From Aquificaceae bacterium (GTDB lineage: Bacteria; Aquificota; Aquificia; Aquificales; Aquificaceae), in NCBI GenBank assembly GCA_037925075.1, contig JAXSNR010000002.1:576001-640000 (forward strand): a stretch of 64,000 bases of DNA, in the 5' to 3' direction. The first letter of the stretch is position 1, and the number at the start of each line of letters is the position of its first letter. The notes beneath the pieces are model-generated. The model was not told the DNA's origin, made no database searches, and was given only the letters and a program-made list of their open reading frames with translations. The position numbers and the translations under genes were made by a program. Shown here in pieces: positions 9,265-16,836 of the stretch.

Positions 9265-9799
9265 CCTCTTGGGGGCTTTGCCCCCACTCTATCCATCCCT
9301 CTTCTTTATTTATGCATACCTTTCTTACTCCGTCGTAGTTTATATCCTTTGATACCTTGTAAAGCTGAGGGTTCCTTATGAAAGCTTCCATGTGTTCCTT
9401 TTTGTCAAAGTAAAGAAGACTTTTGCTATCCATAAGCACACAGTAATCTTCGTTGGGGTTTATAAAGCTACCGCACACGGGACAACGCGTGAAGGGTTTA
9501 GGGAGTGGTGGAAACCTTTCTTTGAGTTTCTTTACTTTGTATGCTCTTAAAAATATCAAAAGAGTCAGCCCAACTATCACCGCATCCGCCAAAAGCACCT
9601 CCACAAAAGAGAAAACCTTCATCAAAACCCCTGTAAGTATGGCAAAAAAGCCCACAAGGTTTATGGCAAAAACGAAAAATGTATGAAAGAGAGGGAATTC
9701 TTTTATAAGCATAAGCACGGCGAAGAAGAAGCCAAAAACCTGAAAAAACCTTGCCACTATCACAAGTAGGTTTACAAAATCCCACTGCTCTTGGGTCAT
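9245..9799 (-). CDS. Membrane protein with C-terminal YHS/TRASH-like domain
   Basis: Three hydrophobic segments, then CPVCG...YFDKKEHMEAFIRNPQLY. Confidence 0.55.
   Translation of the reverse strand: MTQEQWDFVNLLVIVARFFQVFGFFFAVLMLIKEFPLFHTFFVFAINLVGFFAILTGVLMKVFSFVEVLLADAVIVGLTLLIFLRAYKVKKLKERFPPLPKPFTRCPVCGSFINPNEDYCVLMDSKSLLYFDKKEHMEAFIRNPQLYKVSKDINYDGVRKVCINKEEGWIEWGQSPQEVISQNP
9270..9286. terminator. GC-rich hairpin after sod (putative terminator)
   Basis: TGGGGGC-TTT-GCCCCCA 5 nt after the sod stop; the same motif follows tpx and the porin gene. Confidence 0.55.
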
Positions 9800-9889
9800 A
9801 TGCTTGAGACTTTATAGCTTAGCCCTTCTAAATACAATGATAAAACTCATCCACTTCCAAGCCCACGCCCGTTAAAATATCCAAAGCCC

Positions 9890-10093
9890 ATGAAGGAAAC
9901 TCGGATAGTAAAATACATAAAGGGCATAATAAGAAACCACAAATATACCACCACAGAGGATATAATGCTCCTGCTTGAAAAGTACTATGGGCTTCCCATA
10001 AAGGTTCCCTCTGTTTATTACAAATACAAGGCCATAATAAGGCAGTGTAGGCAAGAAATATACAGGGAAAGGAGGAAGAAAAAGGATGTATGA
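9890..10093 (+). CDS. Small basic hypothetical protein overlapping lpdA
   Basis: 67 aa; TAAAAT upstream; overlaps the lpdA start and carries its RBS. Confidence 0.6.
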   Translation: MKETRIVKYIKGIIRNHKYTTTEDIMLLLEKYYGLPIKVPSVYYKYKAIIRQCRQEIYRERRKKKDV

Positions 10094-11477
10094 CCTTGTT
10101 ATAGTGGGTGCGGGAAGTGGTGGATACGAAGGTGCCCTTTACGCTCACAGAAGAGGCATGAAGGTTGCCCTTGTGGAGCTAAGCCATGAAACTGTGGGAG
10201 GAAACTGTCTAAACAGGGGTTGCATACCCTCCAAGTATATGAGGCATGGTGCCTACATGCTTGACAAGTTTCAAAGGCTTTCAGAATACGGCATATTCTT
10301 AAAAGGCTATAGCTTAAACATGCAAGAACTAAAAAGGGGTAGAGATAGGGTAGTGCTAACCATAAGGGAAAACTTCAAGAAGTTTGCAGAACATCTAAAG
10401 ATTCCCATCTTCTATGGGAAAGGTGTTTTGAAGGATGCCCACACGGTGATAGTTGAACCAGAAGGTTTAGAACTAAAGGCTAAATACCTTCTACTGGCTA
10501 CGGGTTCATCCACCACATCTTTGGGTAGCCTTGTACCCAATGGAAAACACATTTTTGACACGGACCAGATATGGTCCCTTGAGGACTTTCCAAAGAGGAT
10601 TCTCATAGTTGGTGGTGGTGCGGTGGGTGTGGAGTTTGCCTACATCTTTAGAATGTACGGCTCTGAGGTGGTTTTGGTGGAAATAAAAGATAGATTACTA
10701 CCCACTCCCGATATACCAGAGGAATCATCTAGATACTTGGCCAGAAAGCTAAAGAAGTTGGGCGTGGACATAAGGCTAAGGACTACCCTTTCAAGCTGGG
10801 CCGTTTCTACAAATGGTGTAAAGGTTCATCTTTCAGATGGTTCTGAGCTTTATGTAGATCTTATACTGCTTGGCGTTGGAAGAAGGCCAAATACGGAAGG
10901 CATAGGGCTTGAAGAGGTTGGAATTGAAAAGGACGAAAGGGGCTTTGTAAAGGTAAACAAGTTTTGTCAGACAAGCGTACCTAACATATATGCCTGTGGT
11001 GATATAACCTCACCCCTTATGCTTGCCCATAAGTCCATGTACGAGGCAAAGGTGGCCATAAGCCACATGCTCGGAGAGGAGGATATGGTTAGGGATGAAA
11101 GGCTTATTCCAAAGATAATCTACTCCGCCTATGAGGTCGCAAGCGTTGGGCTTACAGAAGACCAAGCGGAAGAGAAAGGCTATAAGGTAAAGGTTGGTGT
11201 TGTTTCCTTTGTTTCAAACCCAAAGGCTATGGATGATGGAGAAAACGAGGGATTTGTAAGGCTTGTGGTGGATGAGGATGAAAAAATATTAGGCTGTCAT
11301 ATACTTGGACCCCATGCGGGAGAGCTTCTCCATCAGGTGTTGCATCTTATGAAGGCAAACATTGGAGCAGATTTTCTATCAAAAGCCATGTACTCCCATC
11401 CATCCCTCTCGGAATCCATAGTTCATGCAGGTGTTGAGGTGCGTTTTGGACCTATAACTTGGGCAAAAAGACATTAA
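10086..11477 (+). CDS. lpdA: Dihydrolipoyl dehydrogenase family flavoprotein
   Basis: GAGSGG, GGNCLNRGCIPSK redox disulfide, GGGAVGVE, MLAHK, HPSLSE. Confidence 0.9.
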   Translation: MYDLVIVGAGSGGYEGALYAHRRGMKVALVELSHETVGGNCLNRGCIPSKYMRHGAYMLDKFQRLSEYGIFLKGYSLNMQELKRGRDRVVLTIRENFKKFAEHLKIPIFYGKGVLKDAHTVIVEPEGLELKAKYLLLATGSSTTSLGSLVPNGKHIFDTDQIWSLEDFPKRILIVGGGAVGVEFAYIFRMYGSEVVLVEIKDRLLPTPDIPEESSRYLARKLKKLGVDIRLRTTLSSWAVSTNGVKVHLSDGSELYVDLILLGVGRRPNTEGIGLEEVGIEKDERGFVKVNKFCQTSVPNIYACGDITSPLMLAHKSMYEAKVAISHMLGEEDMVRDERLIPKIIYSAYEVASVGLTEDQAEEKGYKVKVGVVSFVSNPKAMDDGENEGFVRLVVDEDEKILGCHILGPHAGELLHQVLHLMKANIGADFLSKAMYSHPSLSESIVHAGVEVRFGPITWAKRH

Positions 11478-12001
11478 AGTTCAGCCAATATATCGCTTAC
11501 TATAACTTTTCCTTCCTTAAGCTTTACATCCTTCACAAGGGCGTCCACAAAGGGTATGTAAAGCCTTCCACCGTCCAACGCCAAAAGGTCATAAGGCTTT
11601 TGCTCCACAATACCTGAGACCCTCCCCATGTATTTCCCGCCTTCTGTAAAAACCTCCAAACCCTCCAGTTCAAAGTAGTAGTATTCTCCCTTTTTCCTTC
11701 TTGGAAGCTCCCCTTTGGGAAGAAAGACCTTTGCCCCTTTGAAGCCTTCCACCTCTTCAATCCTGTTGTAGCCCTCAAACTTAAGAATAAGCTGATCCTT
11801 GCCGTGAGCCTTTACGTATTCCACAGGAAAGGACACATAACCGCCTCCCTTACGCTTTAGAAACACCTTCTTTATCTTTGACCAGTGCTTTTTTTCTAAA
11901 TATGTTTGTACCTTCAGTTCTCCCTTCAAGCCATAGGTGTCAAGCACCCTTCCTATTACCACATAATGATTTTCCTCATTGATGGTTCTGTTTTCTTGCA
12001 T
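11474..12001 (-). CDS. rimM: 16S rRNA processing protein RimM
   Basis: IGRVLDTYGLKGELKV, GEYYYFELEGLEV, YIPFV. Start trimmed to ATG 12001. Confidence 0.93.
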   Translation of the reverse strand: MQENRTINEENHYVVIGRVLDTYGLKGELKVQTYLEKKHWSKIKKVFLKRKGGGYVSFPVEYVKAHGKDQLILKFEGYNRIEEVEGFKGAKVFLPKGELPRRKKGEYYYFELEGLEVFTEGGKYMGRVSGIVEQKPYDLLALDGGRLYIPFVDALVKDVKLKEGKVIVSDILAEL

Positions 12002-12039
12002 ATTCTTATAGTTTAAACACTTTTTGAAGGAGGACAAAG

Positions 12040-12303
12040 ATGGCGATGCCCACTTGGGAAGAAGTTGAAAGTGTACTTGATGAAATAAGGCCAGCTCTAA
12101 GGTTTGATGGCGGTGATGTGGAGCTTGTGGATATAAAGGAAGATGGTACTGTCCTTGTTAGGATGATAGGAGCCTGTTCGGGCTGTGGCATGTCTGTGCT
12201 TACCCTAAAGGCTGGCATAGAAAGGGCTCTAAAAAATAGGTTTCCTGAAATAAAGGAAGTCAGGGATGTAAACATGGACATTCCCATGACCTTTGGGTTT
12301 TAA
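12040..12303 (+). CDS. NifU/Nfu-type Fe-S carrier
   Basis: IRPALRFDGGDVEL, GACSGC, TLKAGIE. Confidence 0.92.
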   Translation: MAMPTWEEVESVLDEIRPALRFDGGDVELVDIKEDGTVLVRMIGACSGCGMSVLTLKAGIERALKNRFPEIKEVRDVNMDIPMTFGF

Positions 12304-12392
12304 CTACCTGCAACAATCTTTCATCAGGCTTGACAGAACATTCTTTGTGGGTATAAATTAATTAATATAACATCAACCGTGGGGGTATTAAA

Positions 12393-13847
12393 ATGAAAGG
12401 GATGAGGGGTATTGTAAAGTGGAGCCTTGTAGCTTTGCCCTTATTACTTTTTGTACCACAAGCGAAAGCCCAAGAAGAAGAATACGCCAAGGATGTTAAA
12501 GAAAGGGTGCTGAAAGTTCCATACTGCTCCAAGCCCATGGGCACAATTACCGCTCGTTCCTTTAAGTGCAAAGCTGCAGCATGTCAGGGTGAGAGAGTTT
12601 ACTTTGGTCCGGGCTGGGGAATAGAGATTTCCTCTAAAGCCTTGGGTGATGGTCTTGCGGATATGCTAATCACTGCTTTGGCTAATACCAACTGCTTTAG
12701 AGTAGTTGAGAGGATTGCCCTTGAGGAGATAAAGGAAGAACTTGAACTTATGGGTAAAACACCTAAACAGACACTTAAAACAGCTGATTTTATAATTACC
12801 GGAGCTGTAACAGCCCTTGAACTCAAAGCAAGTGGTATAGGAGGTGGTGGCTTTGTAGTTCCTCTTCCCTTTGGCTTGGGTGCAAAAGTGGGTAAAAGGT
12901 CTGCCCATATTGGACTTGATATGAGGATTGTAGATGTAAGGTCCTCCGAAGTTCTGGCTGCCAAAGCGGTTGCTGGTAAGTCAGAAAGTTGGAGGTTTGG
13001 ACTGGCGGGAGGCGGTCTCTTTGGAACAACTATAGGCGGTGCTTACTTTGAAGCGGTAAAGAATACTCCGTTAGAAGAAGCCACAAGAGACCTTATCGTA
13101 AAGGCGGTTTCTTTAATAGTAGATTCTGTTAAATCCAAAGTCCCATCCCACACAGTTGGAGAAAAAGCTATTTACTACAACGAAAAGGGAGAGGTAATCA
13201 AAGAGGAAATAAGAGGGGTTGATAAATAGCAACTCCCCGCAAAGGCTTCCACTGAAGGACTTGTCAGAGAATCCGCGAAGTTTGAACACTATCCCAAGCT
13301 GCTATGGAAAGAGGATTTTTCTGAATGTAGACTTATACCCACCACTGTAAAGGTGTTAAAGGGACATGGGGAATGTGTTAGCTTTGGTGGTAAAAAGTGG
13401 CTTGCTACCACAAAGGGTGTAGTTGTTTTTCAAAAGGATATTCCGAACTTCAAACCCGACAAAAATTGGGCTTTGGAATACCATGTTTATTTTAGCCCTA
13501 AAGGATACGAGGGAGATCATAAAATCTATCTTTTTGTAGGTAAAGAAGGAAGCCCAATTAGCGTTGGTTTAGCAAAATATGCTTCTTGGTGGAAGTACGG
13601 GGAATTAGCTATTCCCAACGAAGCAGGGCTACCCAATGAGCTAAAAGGACAGGTGGTTAAAATTGCTCTTAAAAAAGAGCAAGAGACCGTACACATTTTT
13701 GTTAACGATGTGAGGTCCCTATCCGCACCTGTAGATGTTCCATCCCTTTCCGCTCTTCAGCCAAGGATTGTGGTAAAGATGGAAGGTGTAGATATCGGGC
13801 AAGGAGAGTATGTGTTGATTACAGACTTAAAGCTCACTCAGGAATAA
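12393..13847 (+). pseudogene. CsgG/HfaB family protein plus C-terminal beta-sandwich domain, split by an in-frame TAG at 13227-13229
   Basis: CsgG motifs (GLADMLITAL, FRVVER, ADFIITGAVT, LDMRIVDV). The frame stays open for 41 codons after the TAG into ORF 13353-13847, which has no own RBS. Confidence 0.65.
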
Positions 13848-15741
13848 GGCTTTTTATGTTCATTCCCATGTGTTTTACAACATAAAGAAACTCTTTAAAC
13901 CTGAAAATTCTGTTATCACAGAGGATTATGGTACCCCCATCTTCCCTGCTTCTCATCAACCTTCCTATACCCTGACGGAATTTTATAAGAGCCTTTCTCT
14001 TTTGATATTCAAAAGGGTCAAGACCCATGGACTTTAAAAACCTTATCCTATGAAAGGTTATGGGTTCTTCTGGGCTTTCAAAGGGTAGCTTTGCCATAAG
14101 TATTCCCTTTTCACCTTTTACATCAACACCAAACCAAAGGCTATCAAGACCTATAAGTGCCTTTATCCTTCCAAATCTTAAGTCCTCAACAAGCTTTGAA
14201 AGCCCCTCGTCCCCTTGAAAGGCAACGCCTTCTTCCCTTTCAAAGAGCCTTATATGCTCCTTGTTTGTAAGAAGCACAAGGACCTTGTCGTATAGGCTCC
14301 TTAGATACTTGTAAGCATCTTTCAAGCATGTTTCCCATTCTTCCCTTTTTCTTGGGTCTGAGTTGTAGACCAAAAAGCTTACCCTTTCGTAGGGAAAGAC
14401 GTGTTCAAGCTCGTAGTATCCCCCCTCTATTCCAAGGGTTTGCTTTATGTCTTCAGGGTCAACGGTGGCGGAGGTTATTATGACCGCCTTGTATCCTTTA
14501 AAATCCACATACCCCGCAGGAAATACGGGGAAAACCTCAAGCCAGTAGTTAAAGGTCTGTAGCCTTTTGCTAAACTTCCTACCCACAAGATACCCAAAGC
14601 CCGCTGGGTCTTCATTTATAAGCTTGAAAAAATCTCTAAGTCTTTGTAGCCTTCTTGTGAGCAGTTCGTAATTTCTTAACCTCTTTACCCATCTTTGCTC
14701 CTCTTCTGTAAGCTCCAAGTATTCAGCCTTTAGGTCCATATACCTTTCCCATTCCAACAACCCACTTTTTAGCAGGTATTCCTTAAAGTCAAGGCTTACA
14801 AAAAGCCTATCGCTTAGCCAGTCTGTAATCTCGGATATGAGGTTCTCCCTTATGGTCTTGTGAAAAAATATAAGTGGCTTAAGAATTTGTTTTTCAAAAT
14901 CTTCTGCATAGGGCTTTAGGCTTTCAAGGGGAAGCTCCTCCTCTTGGTTTTTAAAAAACCCTTCAAAGTTCCTTATAAAAAACCCCTCCACCTCAAGCCT
15001 TGCGTCTTTTAGAAAGTCAAGCACCTTTGACATAATATCCATCCTGATGGTATAAAGGGATACGCCCCATGTTAGACTGCTCGTTATATACTTGTCAAGC
15101 TCGTGAGCTTCGTCAAGCACAAGCACCCTTTCCTCCACATTTTCAAAGTCCTTAAGACTGAGCAGCGCATGGTTTACCACAAGAAGGTCCGCTTGTCTCT
15201 CAAGCCTTTTTAGCCTTCCCCAGTAGTAGCATTCCTGTCTGTACTTACAGGTTTTTCTGTAGTGTGGCGTGCAGTAGTCATCATCCACGCATAGCTTTTC
15301 TTTTAGCTCTGTCTCCACATTAACAAACTCAAAATCTCCATCCCAATTACCTTCAAGGAGTAGCTCAATACTTGCTGGTCTCTTCTCTGGTGGTAGCTCA
15401 TAAAATCTGTCAAGGCATAAATAGTTGTTCCTGCCTTTTAGGATAAGGTAACTTATTTCCCTTCCGTATATGTACGAATAGTAGGTCCTTAGGGTTTCAA
15501 TGTCTCTTCTTAGCTGTTCCTGAAGTAGCTTTGTTCCAGTGGAGATGATTGCCTTTTGTCCCTTTTCCATAAGGGGTATTAAATAGCCATAGGTCTTTCC
15601 GGTCCCGGTGGGAGCTTGAATTATCTTTACGCAGTTGTTCCCCTCTTCTATGGCTGAAAGGACAATCTGGAAGAACTTCTCTTGAACTGGCCTTCTTTCA
15701 AGACCTTTCCTTAGTAGGAATTCATAAACTTGAAAAGCCAT
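13834..15741 (-). CDS. DinG/YoaA family ATP-dependent DNA helicase
   Basis: QAPTGTGKTYGYL, KGRNNYLC, Cys cluster, VVNHALL, DEAHEL, FRQGIGRLMRSREDGG. Confidence 0.9.
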   Translation of the reverse strand: MAFQVYEFLLRKGLERRPVQEKFFQIVLSAIEEGNNCVKIIQAPTGTGKTYGYLIPLMEKGQKAIISTGTKLLQEQLRRDIETLRTYYSYIYGREISYLILKGRNNYLCLDRFYELPPEKRPASIELLLEGNWDGDFEFVNVETELKEKLCVDDDYCTPHYRKTCKYRQECYYWGRLKRLERQADLLVVNHALLSLKDFENVEERVLVLDEAHELDKYITSSLTWGVSLYTIRMDIMSKVLDFLKDARLEVEGFFIRNFEGFFKNQEEELPLESLKPYAEDFEKQILKPLIFFHKTIRENLISEITDWLSDRLFVSLDFKEYLLKSGLLEWERYMDLKAEYLELTEEEQRWVKRLRNYELLTRRLQRLRDFFKLINEDPAGFGYLVGRKFSKRLQTFNYWLEVFPVFPAGYVDFKGYKAVIITSATVDPEDIKQTLGIEGGYYELEHVFPYERVSFLVYNSDPRKREEWETCLKDAYKYLRSLYDKVLVLLTNKEHIRLFEREEGVAFQGDEGLSKLVEDLRFGRIKALIGLDSLWFGVDVKGEKGILMAKLPFESPEEPITFHRIRFLKSMGLDPFEYQKRKALIKFRQGIGRLMRSREDGGTIILCDNRIFRFKEFLYVVKHMGMNIKSLIPE

Positions 15742-15757
15742 GTTAAAATTCTAAGCC
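15742..15757. promoter_or_regulatory. Bidirectional leaderless promoter
   Basis: 16-bp gap; TAAAAT-8nt-ATG on +, TAGAAT-6nt-ATG on -; no SD. Confidence 0.6.
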
Positions 15758-16726
15758 ATGGAAAGCTTTCTGATAACCGGTTGTGCGGGCTTTATAGGAT
15801 GGAAAGTCTCAGAAAAACTTTTGGAAAAGGGTTATAAGGTTGTAGGTATTGACAATCTGAACGACTATTACGATAAAAGGCTAAAGGAATACAGACTGGA
15901 ACTTTTGAAAAGTTATAAAAACTTCATCTTCTATTTAGCGGACATAGAAGATATGCTTTCTTTAGAGGAGATTTTCAAAAGGCATTCCTTTGACTGTGTT
16001 ATAAACGAGGCGGCAAGGGCTGGCGTTAGGTATTCAATAGAAAACCCTCATGTGTATTTCACCACCAACGTTTTGGGAACTCTAAACCTTTTAGAGCTTT
16101 CCAAAAGACACGGAGTGAAAAAGTTTGTGCTTGCTTCCACCTCTTCTTTGTATGCAGGACAGCCCATGCCTTTTAAAGAAGACCTTCCCGTCAATACTCC
16201 CATATCACCTTATGCAGCATCAAAGAAGTCCGCGGAAGTGCTTTGCTACACATACCATTATCTGTACCGCATAGATGTTTCAGTGGTGCGATACTTTACC
16301 GTTTACGGTCCAGCGGGAAGACCAGATATGAGCATATTCAGGTTTATAAAATGGGTTCTTGAGGGAAAGCCCCTTGAGATTTTTGGCGATGGCTCTCAAA
16401 GTAGGGACTTTACCTACATAGAGGATATAGCGGAGGGTACCCTTTTGGCTACAAAGCCTTTAGGCTATGAGGTTATAAACCTTGGAAACAACAAGCCACA
16501 CACTCTTTCGGAGGTTATAGCTCTAATAGAGAAATACACGGGTAAAAGGGCAAGACTTGAGCTTAAGGATTTTCACAAGGCGGATATGAAAGCCACATGG
16601 GCGGACATTCAAAAGGCGGAAAACCTTCTTGGTTGGAAGCCAAAGGTAAGTCTTGAAGAGGGCATAAGAAGAACTGTAGAATGGACCTTGCAAAACTGGG
16701 AGTGGATAAGGGAGGTTAAAGTGTAA
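15758..16726 (+). CDS. NAD-dependent epimerase (UDP-glucuronate 4-epimerase-like)
   Basis: TGCAGFIG, DNLNDYYD, AARAGVRYSIENP, YAASKK, FTVYGPAGRPDM. Confidence 0.92.
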   Translation: MESFLITGCAGFIGWKVSEKLLEKGYKVVGIDNLNDYYDKRLKEYRLELLKSYKNFIFYLADIEDMLSLEEIFKRHSFDCVINEAARAGVRYSIENPHVYFTTNVLGTLNLLELSKRHGVKKFVLASTSSLYAGQPMPFKEDLPVNTPISPYAASKKSAEVLCYTYHYLYRIDVSVVRYFTVYGPAGRPDMSIFRFIKWVLEGKPLEIFGDGSQSRDFTYIEDIAEGTLLATKPLGYEVINLGNNKPHTLSEVIALIEKYTGKRARLELKDFHKADMKATWADIQKAENLLGWKPKVSLEEGIRRTVEWTLQNWEWIREVKV

Positions 16727-16728
16727 GT

Positions 16729-16765
16729 ATAAGTCCAGTTTATAGAGTTAATAAGCGTTACTTAT
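16729..16765. promoter_or_regulatory. Tandem LysR-type dyad sites upstream of soeA
   Basis: ATAAG-N5-TTTAT (16729-43) and ATAAG-N5-CTTAT (16751-65), 22 bp apart. Confidence 0.4.
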
Positions 16766-16836
16766 GTACTTATAAAAACTTTGAAAGGTAAGAAGTTTAC
16801 ATTACAGATATTTTTTTAATTAGAAGGAGGTCTATC

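Noticed and set aside
13227..13229. Pyrrolysine or selenocysteine recoding of the in-frame stop
   Set aside because: The codon is TAG in a non-catalytic linker, no pyl genes are in the window, and Sec would need TGA.
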